A stretch of DNA of 63,979 bases, the filler included, from Choristocarpus tenellus KU-1152 (Eukaryota > Protista > Phaeophyceae), in the NCBI GenBank assembly GCA_964200185.2. It is 10 parts of 10 records of this genome, joined end to end, with 100 filler letters (N's around TTAATTAATTAA, not from the genome) between each part and the next. Parts side by side here need not be neighbours in the genome. Positions count along the whole stretch, not along the records: positions 38,375 to 41,982 come from CAXNAD020018986.1; positions 42,083 to 53,195 come from CAXNAD020002499.1; 8 more parts are not named here. The stretch is one strand, 5' to 3'. Shown here in pieces: positions 38,700 to 51,972 of this stretch. The notes under the pieces were generated by a model, which worked only from the letters and a program-made list of their open reading frames with translations, made no database searches and was not told where the DNA came from. The position numbers and the translations under genes were made by a program. Within the stretch, counting starts at the first letter, position 1. Each line of letters starts with the position of its first letter.

Positions 38700-41400
38700 T
38701 TATTGAGGAGGTAGGGGGCACACATAAAAAGTAGTCATTGTGCCAATGGGATGTCATACCTACCTCATTAAATCAACAGAATGAGATTGCTTTGCAGTAC
38801 CTCCAACCTCATCATATTTTTCTTCTACATCTCACCGATAGACGTGGGGTCATCTGAGTGCATTCACTACCTTGAGGGAGATGTAATGGAGATGACAAGG
38901 GTTGTGCAGTGTTGAGAGCGGAAAAGGGTAGGTGCAGTGATGAGCTGATGCTAGGAACATTTTTGTTTATCCTTTGGAAAAGGGATACACAAATCTTATC
39001 TTGCTCCAGCAGATAGAGAATTTCTTGATACTGTTACCACTGTACGCAAAATCTATCACCCCATCCTTCCTCTTCAGTGCAGTACCTACAACTGGAGAGA
39101 TGTTTTGCTTTGGAGGAAAATAAAGTGAGTTAATATTTAACAAGTCCCCCACTACAAACTGCCACTTGCATTTACATCTCCTTTGTCAAAACCAAAGCAT
39201 GGGGATTCTCTCAGTCTCATACAGTAAAACTCTCTAATATCCTAATACTTCCAAATTCTCACAGGAAACGAAGGAAAACATAGAATCGCTGAGCTGGAGA
39301 ATCTCCTTTCTGCCTACAACTATGACGAACTGGTCGCCTTCTTCCTCAAGAGACCGTAATACCCATGTTCAACTTTTGTTGGAGTCAAGGCAATTGGAAT
39401 CATCACAGCTGGAAGTACTGCTTGAAATGTGTACCAGTGGGTCGAAGACCCAAAAGCAAAGGAATTATCTTTTTCCATCAAAAACTTGAGGTTCACTGGG
39501 GCGTATTGAACATCATTCACCATCCTCCTCCCGCTACTCCCTCTACCCAATGTATTAAGCATCTTTTTTCCTTTTCCTTTTTGTGGTGGATTCTAGGGGC
39601 TGGACACCTTCTATGAGGACCACAGCTAAAAAATCCAAATACCTCTAGGCCTCAACGTTGTTCTTGTTGACCTGGACTCCCTTGTTTTGGCTACAAAAAG
39701 AAAAACATCCAAGGCATGGATTGCTTTTCCCTTGTATATGCAGATTATTGAGCTCCTTGTGGTGACAAAAAATACTCATAGCAACGAAAGGGGTAAAAAC
39801 TTTTTCCATCTAACATCCCAGACTTGAGCTAAGTGCAGCAATTACCACTGGTAGGGCCCTTTTTTGAAAACTATGTCGCAGCTACGGATCAGGAAGTCGC
39901 TTGAGTTGCTTGAGGACTGAAGTGAACACGGTGTTTGATAATAAGGCTTTGGTTGCGTCAAACGCTGTAATGGGAGTTGAAACTATGCTTCCCAATCGGT
40001 TTGACATCGACAACCACTTAAAACTCTCTCTTCATGCTTGGTGAACGCACCAGTGCATGAGACCCTAATGATACTGAGTTAAGATATTCAATCAGAGGGA
40101 AGAAAACGTTAACAAACTATAGCTGGGACACATGGAATAGGGGCATAGAGCTCCAAAGTTTAATGAATGGCACTGAAAAATGTGATGGTAAGGAGTTATT
40201 CTTCTAACCCTAACCTCTGGTTTATACTACGTAAGTACCACTTGATACAGCACTCCAGGGCTATCACTATTGCAGAGTAGTCTCAGCTTTTCCCTTCAAC
40301 AACTTTTGTGCTTCCTATCCTTCAATATTGGGTCAATATGGAGCATCTATCGTCAGTGCTCACGAAGAAAAAATGGCAAACTCCAAGCTGAGAATGGACC
40401 CTCTCTCACAACTACACAAACTACATGACTTTCCACCCTCCCCGGGATAGCTGGTATCAACGAGCATGAGGTGGATATTGAAAGCTCCCCACATTCATAT
40501 GTATAGGTTTCTGCTGTGATGTGGTGTGGTGGACAATGTTGCGGAGGAAGGTGGAGTGGATTCGCTGAAATTGACCGCATTGGTTAGTTTCTGGAAACCA
40601 ATGGCGAAGATTGGTCGTACACTGGACATTGGATACGCGGAAATTGGCTGCTGTGGTTGTGACTGGCGATACGGAATTGGTTGCATAGTTTGTGGGGTAA
40701 CAATTGGTGGAGGAGGGGGAGAGTGGATGGAAGGATAAGAGGGGGCTAAATAATTAATAGCTGAGGAAAGCAAAAAATACTGTTACGTTAAATTGTAATG
40801 AGTGGATCTACTCTTCTAAAAGTTGTATATAATACTTTTTTTATAGATCGTCAAATAATAGTGATGTGTGTTCCTGAAACTGTTCGAACACACGTTGATA
40901 ACATGTTGGTGTGGTGTGACGCCAGGTTTTGTTAATAAAACGAGGAATGCATCCTCTCTTCTCACGCTTCCGTGGAACTTGAGAGTCACAGTGAAGGACC
41001 CAAAGATGCCCAGAAATGCATCCAACAGATGATTACCTTTCTCGAATAGAGAATATAGGTGTGGTTCATGGGGGGCATAATCTGAATTGTTTGTGAAGTC
41101 AATCAATCATGCTCGAGCATACATCGCAGTAGGAATCCCACCTTCATCTATGCCACCCCTCTATTGCGATCAATAACCCTTCACCGGTTCAACTGTTCAA
41201 TCCGATTTTCCTCGGGTTCACTAATTGATTTTGTTGTGTTCGCCTCTCCTAGCGATCTTTGTTATTCGGAAATATTCGAGATGCATGATGATCATGATCC
41301 ACAATTCTGTCGCCAATTGCCAAACCTTCTCAAAGGGACTGGAACCATTTGATGGCTGCTCCACGATCCAACACGACCATACCTCTCCGAGTGAGTTCTG
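38700..41400 (-). mobile_element. Decayed Ty3/Gypsy element (gag, Zn-knuckle, integrase remnants)
   Basis: Gag-like LKFHGSV (~40970), YECGELS Zn-knuckle remnant (~40490), integrase-like HP...K.E and W...LP (~39400-39600), FVVGDL tail (~39150). Many stops. Confidence 0.45.
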
Positions 41401-41704
41401 AAACTGCCTACCATGCCGAAAACCGACGAGTGGCTAGAATCCTTATCAACAGAAGGAAGAAAGCGAGGCCCAACCAAAAGACGTTGCTTCGGGTTGGGAA
41501 GCCTCAAGGAAAGCTACCACATCAGGCCGTTGAGCTCCTTGAGAACAGTTGGGATAGGCGAACATTCCAAAGCCCATCACAGAAGCGGTGTGTCTTATGT
41601 CTCGAAAAATAGACTTGGTTCCCCCAGTGGATTCTGGCGTAGGGGCAACTTCCCCAGCGTAAGTTGCGCTTTGTGCTCTTCCTCTTCCTTCTATCCTTTG
41701 TTCA

Positions 41705-41883
41705 GGCTCAAAGTATCTGTGGTGGAAGGGGGGTCTATACCAGGGTGTCCATTCGGGCCCTGACCAGAAGAAGTGAACTTACATTATCCATCCGACGCAT
41801 TCAACCAAATGACCCAAAAATCACGACGTGGACTAATGGGTCCAGAATGGACAGCCAACAACCCTCCCCAGATACTTTGAGCC
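41705..41883 (+). mobile_element. MITE family A, full copy
   Basis: TIRs GGCTCAAAGTATCTG / CAGATACTTTGAGCC (perfect 15 bp); TSD TCA. Confidence 0.92.
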
Positions 41884-41922
41884 TCAGCCTCGGTTGTATT
41901 GTGGTGCAGGAGTGTGCATTGA

Positions 41923-41982
41923 GACCCAAAGTATCTGGGGGAGGGGGGGGGTCTACACCAGAGTGTCCATTTGGACCAAAAT
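41923..41982 (+). mobile_element. MITE family A, partial (contig end)
   Basis: GACCCAAAGTATCTGGGG...GTCTACACCAGAGTGTCCATTTGGACC. Confidence 0.85.
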
Positions 41983-42082
41983 NNNNNNNNNNNNNNNNNN
42001 NNNNNNNNNNNNNNNNNNNNNNNNNNTTAATTAATTAANNNNNNNNNNNNNNNNNNNNNNNNNNNNNNNNNNNNNNNNNNNN

Positions 42083-42191
42083 CTAATCACTAGTAAAAGG
42101 TTCTGATGTCTCAACCACTAATTAATTGTTCTATTACTCTGTACATATTTATTGTAACTGTCCGAAAGAGTTGGAAGAGCCTAATCGAACA
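42083..42191 (-). repeat. Interspersed repeat family D (copy 2, contig start)
   Basis: Reverse-complement match to 32338-32447. Confidence 0.8.
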
Positions 42192-42193
42192 TC

Positions 42194-42700
42194 ATGGCCA
42201 TAACCTGGATAGCGAGCAAAATTTGGATGATGCCAGCGGGGGCTCTTGACATTCATCATACCATCCATGTGCTGCACAGTACAGTCTTGGTGATAACAGC
42301 AGGTGTTCTTCACATTCACTTCACCATGCCATTCAGCTTATATGCCGCACAGTTCAGTGCCTTTCTGTCCCCCTCGTGACCAAAAGACAGGTTGGTGAGC
42401 ACAATCTGGGTGATGACATTGAGCTCTATTATTCACATCCACCATGCCCCAAGAGGATTACAAGCACTGTAGCAGTAGCATTCCGTGTTCCATTTCCAGC
42501 TGCACCTTGAACAACCCCACCCCCATACCTGTTTTTCAGTTAGAAGCTTGACTGCAATGCGAAGGTGTTTGGATACTTGAATATGGACCATATCGACTCC
42601 TGCCAACACTGTGTGAGTGAAGGGGGAGGTGACAACTCTGTCAGTGTACATCTCAAGCAAGTGGGTTTAGATAAGCAATGTTTGGGGATGTGGTTGAGAA
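42194..42700 (-). mobile_element. Decayed Gypsy RT fragment
   Basis: Degenerate SP..LV...D....C..Y.KLN pattern at ~42330-42400 on the minus strand. Confidence 0.4.
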
Positions 42701-42865
42701 CGGGGGAGGATTGAGGCAATGTTATTTTTCCAGTATGGCAATTGAAGTGTCCTAAATCGACTGGTCCATGGAGGTGTACAAGGGATGGACTGGAATAGAG
42801 AAATTGCCATGAAAAGATCTCAAAAGGAAAAAGACCACCTCACAAAACCGATACCCTGCATACAT

Positions 42866-43110
42866 ATTGAGTCGAAGTAAGCGAGAGTTACCCAGAGTTG
42901 CATTTTAATGCTTGCAAAAATGGACAAAATTCGCCTTTTAATACAATACGTATAGGATTTTTTCCGAAGTGTGTCGAAAAAATTCAAACAATAGAGAGAA
43001 ATCAGCCCTCTCAAGTCAAACTTACCACTTCATCCATACAAAGCATGGTGATTGGTCACGATTGAAAAACTGATTTATAATGTAAAACGAAAAAACTGGG
43101 TGCCTCTCCT
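42866..43110 (+). repeat. Interspersed repeat family C (copy 2)
   Basis: Collinear similarity with 7061-7313. Confidence 0.75.
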
Positions 43111-44002
43111 TTACTTTGATTCATTGTGGATTAGAACATGCAATCTATGTTCGTGGTTCCTTGATTGGTGTAGTGTAAGACATAAATATCGACTATGATG
43201 AAGATGTTGATAAGTTTGGACATATTTTCCTCGTTGGGTGATCAGACGCGACATAATAAGTATGTACCATATCTTTTACATATTACTTCCGATCACGTTT
43301 TTTTCTATATATAATGGTGTACATTATATTATAAAGAGAAAATATATATTTGTTTGTGTATAACAGTCAAAGCCATAATACCACGTTTTTTGTATGAATA
43401 AATTTTCGTACGCTTACTGTTTTGTTTTATTTTTTAATTGGAGATGTCATTTCATGTCTCCTGAAACGGCCTGTTGGAGAAAGCACTCCAACCCGAAAAT
43501 GCACTTATCACTTTGATTAAATAGCAAGACTTCAACCTCTACCACAAATGTGTGTATATGATGACTATCGAACTTATGTCCTTTTTTGCCATTTTATTAG
43601 ATGAAACTATTAATAGAGTTGCAACCGTGTCATTTGTATGTAGTGGAGGGAAGAAAACTAGGAGTATATACACCATTAGGTGGAACAAGGTTATATCCAT
43701 TATATTAGAGGTCTATATTAGTTACATTTGTTTGTACGCTTGACAGTACAGATTTTTTTGTCTCTTTCAGATCTATCTCCTTGTCCTGAACCTCATTGAT
43801 TAATTCTATGGATTTTCATATGTACAATATTAGGCTAATAATACAAAAGGAAACGACAACAAAAAGTACACAATTCCGTTGTGGTTGAGTAGAATACTCA
43901 TACTCATGATCTGGTCGAGAGATTACTTGGTGCGATTTCTTGTTTTTGTTTCTATATAATATTTTGTTTATTTTTGTAGTAGAGTGCATACACTCTGTCA
44001 AC

Positions 44003-44507
44003 CTTCGAAGACCAGTTGGAACAGCAGAGGCTCTCTGTCTTAAGACAACAGCAGTGGGCTCTATATTTATTTCCTTTATCTTCACTACTACCTGGTCCAC
44101 AAATAACTATCATGAACAGCATCGTTTTAGTTGTATGCTTTCCGCCTACTTCAAGGAGTCATGAGGAATTGGACCATAATTTTTAAGTACTAAGATGATC
44201 ATGGGAGAGGGGTGTGATTCCTGCTTCGCAACGCTTCACTTACTTGCCTTTCACTCCAATCTATATGTACCTTCTTATTCTGATATGTAATGTGAATCTC
44301 TTCTCTTGTCTGTGGCCTGGTTCTGTAAGGTGCGATCAAATAGTTCTTAGGAATACCCCGTAGACGTGTCTCAAATGTTACCTCTATGTCAAGTAACAGG
44401 AGCACTCTCCATCACATGCAAGGTAAACCTCGTGTTCCTTTGCCCACCTTCCACCCTTCTGGAAATGCTGGCAGCGCAAGTCTGCACCCGAGTAGTGACT
44501 GATCGAA
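44003..44507 (-). CDS. Unidentified gene, candidate three-exon chain
   Basis: 44507-44429, 44383-44244 and 44091-44003 splice in frame with GT-AG introns (one only 45 nt). No homology recognised. Confidence 0.28.
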
Positions 44508-46503
44508 CTGCTGGACCAAGACGTGGTAATATAACAATATCATGAAAATAAAATATTTCTCAACTAGAAACAAGCCTGTTAACGTTTGAACTAATATGCT
44601 CCCTGTGTAACATGTGATAGAGATGGGGTTCTTGAATGAACACCCTGCTTCATGGTATGAGAAAAGACACAAAAAGTCCGCACATATATTTCACAGAAAT
44701 ACTCCATCATGTACTATGCCTGGATTGGTACATGGCACTCCAGGCGTAATGCAATCATATATACCTGACTTCTAGCAATTAGAGTCCATGGCAGTGAAAG
44801 CAATTGAGGCCAAAGTCGAGAGGATAGTGGAGATCGCATGACTAATAATGCATCAATCCAATAGGTTGGGTTCGAGTAACACATAGACTTTTCTATCAGT
44901 TGTAATTTGAAGAGAAAAAAATATGAAAAATAGTGGTACCCCGCTATTTCCGTGTCATAAGGGAGTAGCTCGCTACGTTTCTATTTGTGATTATAACTTA
45001 CTGGCTCTCACAGACACGAAGTAATATCCTCTCCTCCCAAGATGTCATTTCAATCCTCAGGTAGTGTAACTGATTGAATAGAGAACGAAACAACATGTTA
45101 TATGATTATTCTGTCGAATGACACAATCATATTGCAAAAATACCAAGACATATTGTCATTTCTTTGTCTTCTCTACAGCGTCAAAAACAAAGTTGAGGGG
45201 TTGTTCGCCATATTTCTAACTTGGTGCGATAGCATGAAAAATGCGAAACTGTCGACTCCTTTGAAATCAACCAAAACCCTACAAATATTGGACGTGATGA
45301 ACATTCCAACCCCACCATCAAAGCACGACAAGACTCAAGCAACAATAGATCGCTTTTATTGACAAATTGAGGGGAGCATATTGCAGGGTAGGCGCATTGG
45401 ATGGTAATTTTCAAACACATAATAGAGATGCACTTCTGATATATTCAGACATCTTGCTTCTAAGCAATTGACAGGAGGATGAATCTGCACATATGCAACC
45501 CCACTATGCGCTGAACGAGTAGCACGGTGACAGGAATACCTATACTTCCCTGCCTGCGCCAGGTACCTAGTTGTGTGTGGTTTAGTTTGAAATATGAAGA
45601 ACACTATGTCAATGTTACTCTCAACACATAGTACAGTTGAAAATATGGCGATGGATTGAAGAGGATATATTTTCATTTTGCTGTTGCCATTCATTATTCT
45701 TACAAGGTGTATATTTGCATTAGACAGATGGATGATGCTGCTTCCACCACAATCTCCCACAATTCGCTGTCCCTGGTCTGACAAGTCCCTACTTTGACAG
45801 CTACATATATTTATATTGGTTGTAGATGTGCTCAATTCAAATATAATAGCTGGTGGTGGATTCTCTGTGTGCTGACCTGCCCATTAACAAACAAGACCAG
45901 GGCACTATCAATATTGTTGTTTGCGTATGTATAGAATGAACTCTTACCTGTAGGAGCTGTCACCTATCAGTTTAAACTTTTTGAAGCAATGATCTCTATT
46001 CTTGATATCAATCGGGCGATGAAATCAAAGAGACCAGTTTGATCTACTGTTAACGATTGCTGAGTAATTCTAACATGATGTTTAATTTACTGCGTGCACA
46101 AAAATGACTGTTGTTGGGATTAAACTCGTGTCTCGAATGAATGTTAAAATAGGTAGGATGGGAGAAGGATAAAAAATATTAAAAAAATATATTCCAAAAA
46201 GGAAAAAGAGCACACAGTAGACTGTTGTGATGATAAATATTATTGACGATTAAAAAAATGGTAGAAGTAAAATTCGTGAACAAACTGAACACCAACAACA
46301 ACCAAGTGGGTATGTGATAGTATACAAGGCTTAGAATTCCGCCATGACATCTATCAGTTGTCCATTCATCCTCTCTATCTACCCCTTCAACTGTACATAT
46401 TTGTTGCCATTTTTGTCATGGTTTATGTTTAGAGCAACAACACGACGCCATTCAAAAACTATCAACGGTAGAATCACCTATTGAACCTACGCCTTACTGT
46501 ATG

Positions 46504-47086
46504 CTACTCTATAGAGCCGAGTCTTGCTGGAAAGCATTCCGCTGGATCCTTTTTGCTGTGCTTGTTTGTTGCATGGGCCAACAGCAGCTGGTCGTTCGAT
46601 ACGTTCATGAAACTCTGGCGACAGACCTACACCATGTGTACATGGAAATATAATGAATGGATCGCGTGAGAAGGCAGCAATTAGGACCAGAACAATGAGC
46701 GATGGCACTCGAAACAATTTTTGACGATGTTGGCGACGCACTTTCAAACTTCAACTTCCAGACGAAATAAGTACGAACGCGTATCAAACCAGATCAAGAC
46801 AAGAGAGAACACGACACTCAAACATCGTCCCTACTTTTGCCAGTCGAGTGGAGCACACCCTTCTACCGCGAGGCTACAAAACCCTCGCAAATGGCACACT
46901 CCTAAGTTGTGTGATTATGTCCCTCAATGTGAACAGGGGGGAATGGACCTCGCCGTTTACCTGACAAATTATGTTGCAGGCTGCTGCATCTATGGCTCGA
47001 CGGGAGCCCTTGTTCGAACGAGTCCCCCTCTTCTTTTCGTTCCGAGCACGCGACATGGCCGATTTCTGTCCATTCCCACCGCCCAT
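46504..47086 (-). CDS. Small ZNF706/At2g23090-like C2H2 zinc-finger protein, 82 aa, complete
   Basis: Exon 1 47086-46961 (MGGGNGQKSAMSRARNEKK...CNIICQ) and exon 2 46626-46504 (VCRQSFM...HATNKH...ECFP...*). The MGGGNGQKS start and CxxC...HxxxKH pattern are typical of this family. GT-AG phase-0 intron. Confidence 0.92.
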
Positions 47087-48743
47087 TTTTCTGAGGAGAT
47101 GGTCAACGGATGCAAGTGTACACGAGCTCAGCAAAAGTATGTAGAGAGAGGACAACAGCTGTTCTCTAGGCTAGAAAATTGGAGTCGTGTCAGCTCAATG
47201 TCAACACCGCGTAAATCAGGTAGAAAAGAAGGGTCACATCCCAACGAAACTTCGGCAAGGGCAAACGATGCCAACATACGCGTAATAATTGGCATAGAAA
47301 GGTGGGAGGAACAAAGTCAAATGATATGCGACGACCCATCTGAGAATGTTCATAACAGAAAAGAATGGTAATCAATCCATCGAAGCCAACTTACCACGAT
47401 TACCAACAACCTGCAAGTGTTGCAATGAATGGACTGAATGCTAAGGCGATGGTGAACAACAAGTGAGGATCGAGAATATTGATAAGGTAGATGTGAATTA
47501 CGTTCGTGTCGCTGCACCCATGGGGTATATAAGATGAAACATTTTTTGTGGAATTAAGCACAGATAACTTGATGGGAATCACCTATCAAGTTCCAAGAAT
47601 TATGACCCCTGGAGATGTATATATAAATGGAGGATGCCTGGAGATCTTGATTGCCTATAAATATGGAGGAGCCCTGGAGAATTTTAAATTTTGAAATCAA
47701 TAACCAGTCAACATACTATTATTTAGTAGTCCAGGGGCAAAGAGTAAATTTAGGGGGAACATTTTTACATTTTTCACACATTCACTACAATAGTTCGTAT
47801 AGTGGAAGGGAGTTGTGACTTTTATATACCTTGAAGACCTACAATATGTTCTGTGTAGGGTCTGACTTACCTGCTAGGTCCTTCAATCGAAAATTTTTAT
47901 AGAAAAGTTAGTGGATATTGGAGTAGATACACTTTTCTATCGTAGTTCTAGAGAGATGCATCATTTTTTTTGTAAAATCGTCCCACTTTTCTGTGTGGGA
48001 ATTTTTTTAATTATTATTATCGGGATTAGCTTTCAGCATCCATAAAAAAAGGTGAAGTTTCAACGAGGGTCCATGTAAGTTTTCTTCAAGGAAACATGTT
48101 TGTGAGCATAATACCAATAACTTTTAAATTTTTCTATGGGGTCCCAGATCCACGATCAATATGATCGATGGTCGAAACGTAATCACAGTCGAAACGTAAT
48201 CACACATACCAATTACAGTAATATCTTACAACCGCAGTTGTGTTACGGAAAAACGTAAGAACAACGAGGAAAAAAGATAAGAAAAAGAGAGGAGAGAGAA
48301 AATCTATCACGAAAACGAAGAGAACCCACCTATATATAATATAATACATTAAAACCCACACACAACCTTAAATCATACCAAGTTCATCTCTCACAAAAAA
48401 GAGGGAAGGCAAAAGAGAGATACAGGATAAATTAACCCAAAACGAGAAACAACGAGAAAGCAGTAAGCATCGGACATCAATTGGTGATGGTGTGCGGGAA
48501 TGGTGTTGGTTGTGTGAGCTGCCTTACTTAGCTGGTGGTTTAGCATGTCAAATACGACCGATCATACCTTCCTTGGAATGCCACTCTCTGCCATAAACCT
48601 CATTGTGCCCCCAACCACACACTTGTCCCATCCTTCTTAATTGGTTGCCCTCTTGTTGTACTTTTAATATGAAATGCGATACCAAGCTTCTCGAGTACAT
48701 CTTGCAGGCATACCTAACAGTTCTCCTTTTCCCCGTTGGCAAT

Positions 48744-48924
48744 GGCACAAAGTATCTTTGGGGTGTGGTGGCGGCTGTCCATTCGGGGTCAATTTTTTCA
48801 TGTCGCGGTTTTTGGGTGGTTTGGTTGCATATGTCGGATGGATACTGCACATGCACCTTTCCTGATTTTTGACAAATGGACACCCTGGTGTAGACCCCCC
48901 CACCCAACCCAGATACTCTGAGTC
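48744..48924 (-). mobile_element. MITE family A, full copy
   Basis: TIRs GGCACAAAGTATCT / AGATACTCTGAGTC; flanked by CAAT on both sides. Confidence 0.9.
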
Positions 48925-51674
48925 CAATGTCTCCCATCTGCAAGCTTCCCAACGTGACAACCACTTGGGAAGTCACTCATCCCCATGCATGCAGCTGACC
49001 CTGCAAATAGATGTCTCCATTTTTATACAGTCGACTTGACACTCTCACACCCAGTCTTCACAAATGGCATCAAATAGTTCGGAGGAGGAGGTTACATGTA
49101 TCATGCTTACGCGCTGGGTAGGAGTCACCTTGTTAGTTACTTTTTTCTGTTATTTTTTATTTTGGTGTGCTTTTTTTTGTTTCCTTCTCTTGTTGACATA
49201 CCAGTTGTGGTTGTGAAATTTTCTGGGTTGTTCCCACCATTCCACCCTCCTTCTGTGTACTTAAAAATGATAATCTAAGACAGGAAGTAGTTTTTAGAAT
49301 ATGGGGACTGGATGTTAAGTACTATTACCTTTTTTCCCGTGAAGCCTGGATTGTTTTCGACCTTGTTACCATGTACTCCATGAATATGAAAACAATTATT
49401 AGCAAATGACATGCTCCGATTTTATGACCTTTTTTTGTTGAGGAAGTACTCCTTGTTTCACCATGCTACATAATTCAATCAGCATTCTCAAGCTGACTGA
49501 AGAGTATTTTGAGAGTTACTCTGCAAGGTTGTCGAAACATCTCTTGGGTCATTCCCCTTAGGTTCTCTTCTACCATCCCATGGGATATTGTGAGCCAGTA
49601 ATTCGACACTAGATTGTATTTCCCTTGCAGGGCCATATGGAAATGCAATCATCAGACAGGGTATTTTGAAACACTTTTAACACGGTTCAAGAGACCATCC
49701 TCCTCTCCAATTACATATATGACAAAGAAAACTAATCAAGACCCTGAAGTAGTTTTTTTCTTCTACTCTGTCATACCCGTTTGCTCAAGATAGTGCTAAA
49801 GTATTTGTCAGTTGGCATCAGCACCAGACCCCCTGTGTTGCTGGGAAATTACCAAACAAATGGATAATTAACCAATGGCAATATGGCATGCTGTCCCTTC
49901 TACACGATATTCCTTACAACCCGTGACTAGTAGGTTTACTGATGATATTCCATTTTTGGTTAACCTCACTATTTCTCGGATCAACTTGCAGTTGATCGCT
50001 AGGGTTAAATGATACCTCTGCTGCAACCCAAGTCCCACACAAGAACCCCCAACTACTGCTACAAAGATGCACGAGTATGGGCACTTAGCAGGGTGAAGCA
50101 CATGGTGATAGAGTGGTACTCACATTGACTCTCCAATCTTTAGTAGGTTAAGGTTAAGAGCCCATCGCCACCATCCACTATCGGCATGACATTCCAGACT
50201 TGAGCTAACTCTTGGGTTGTCGCACCCTTCTTGGTGTGCAAACTGGTGAGCAGAGTAGGTGCACATACCTGGTACTTCCCAGGTCTTACTAGGGCATAGG
50301 TCAAGTTCGATAACTTACTACTAGTTGATAGCAATTTTGTAGACATGCGATTGTAATCTCACCGTAATATTGGTCAAACCAAGTTCCAGGGCAGCAGTAA
50401 TAGTGTGTAATGGCTCATGCAGATTAATACCTGCATCGTTTGAGTACTCATTTCCTAACTAACCCAAAACGCTTACTGGTCACTACATCCCAACCTCATC
50501 ACTTCAATACTGAGGTGACAGGGGATCCCCCCCCTCCTCCCTACCCAAAATATTCGCATTTATGGTTTTATTATTGCGCTACAAAATAATGAACCTGTCA
50601 TTGCAACCAGGCGCATGATGTCAGGGGGGAATTGTACCTCTAGAGAAATTGCATCGACGTAAAAATTTACACCAAACGGATACATGGATCATCATAACAT
50701 CTTCCCACTTCTCCCATCATGGACGACATCACTAGGAATTATTTGTGGGCTTAGTCTAATCGTCCCCTTCTGGTTTTGTAACTCCTCCACATGTGAAGTA
50801 CCTTTTTTATAAGGTTTACTCTGTATTTCGATACCCAAAATAGGGCTAGGATTAGTATTGGGGGATGTACACATTCACATTCATATTAGTTATTCTAACA
50901 TTAGTCCTAACCCTAACCCTAATAAAACAGAAGGGTGCGTCCAATATCTTAAAAATATCAGGGTGGTTTGGTAAGTGAATACATATCCGATTATGCTCTT
51001 CCCATTTTTTTTCCTTGCGTATAAAAAGGTTCTGTAGCTGGAAATCTTGTTTTTCAATGAAGAATTTTGCATTGCTTCTCGTACCAATTAATTCTTACCC
51101 GACTTCTCCAACGAACATGGGACGAAAGTCTGTCGCCACAAACTTTCCAAAATGTACATCCAAATTTCTTCAACATAATGGATCTTCCAACACCATGTGA
51201 CATAAAATTAGCCACATCCTGAAAATCGGTATGTTCATTAGAGATACCATTTCGTGGTGATCAGCGATCACTCTAACCGGTAACGGTTATGTATATTATA
51301 ACCTATTATTTTGTTTTGTAACATATATAAAATATTATATACTCTATCTTTCATAGTTTTGTAAAAGAGAATTAATGTAGATACCCGAATTTCAAGGGAA
51401 CAAGTTTTTATTTTTGGTTGTTTATTGCCCAAAAATATGGATCTTTGATAAGCAAAATTACTACTCTCCTTTTAAACTTTGTGACTACCATAAACCTCAA
51501 CGGTAATGTCTCTTTGACATTGTTGTCATAGACATTTACTCAATACTTCAATACTTCGACAGGGAGTTGGAAGAGATGACGATATGGTGTTGGCAGTTAC
51601 TTCTAGCATACGACCTACCTTGATTTTTATTGTTATGCCCTCTGACATTTTGCAGATGTGTCAGGGGGAAACCA

Positions 51675-51972
51675 TTGATTGATTTCGAGGCAAAGCACGG
51701 CAACTGACCGTGATCAGTATATCAAATTAAAGCTAAAACCAAATGCTGTCGATTGGTGCAAGAAATCCAGCCGCAAATTACTCTGTGTTGAATTAGGAAA
51801 TACCGAAAGGTTCGGTTGAATTGCCAAAAAAAATAAAATCATTGAAAATCATATGGACATTTTTTTGCGAACGGATTTCTTTGCACCAATCGATTGCTTC
51901 TGATGATCTCAGCTTTAATTTGATATGCTAAACACCTATCAGGTCGCCTTGCATCACCTCGAAATTAATCAA
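51675..51972. mobile_element. Foldback/MITE-like element with ~100-bp imperfect inverted repeats
   Basis: TTGATTGATTTCGAGG...ATATCAAATTAAAGCT...CGATTGGTGCAAGAAATCC is mirrored by GGATTTCTTGCACCAATCG...AGCTTTAATTTGATAT...CCTCGAAATTAATCAA. Confidence 0.75.

Noticed and set aside
45760-46000. Rab-like GTPase (IGDSS/TGKSS, RDLSDQ) or DEP-domain resemblance on the minus strand
   Set aside because: Needs a frameshift, the GKS overlaps a GTAAGA splice donor, and the other G-box motifs are missing.
49300-50500. Possible Copia gag/protease remnant on the minus strand
   Set aside because: Only a single WDLGCSR-like motif; insufficient support.
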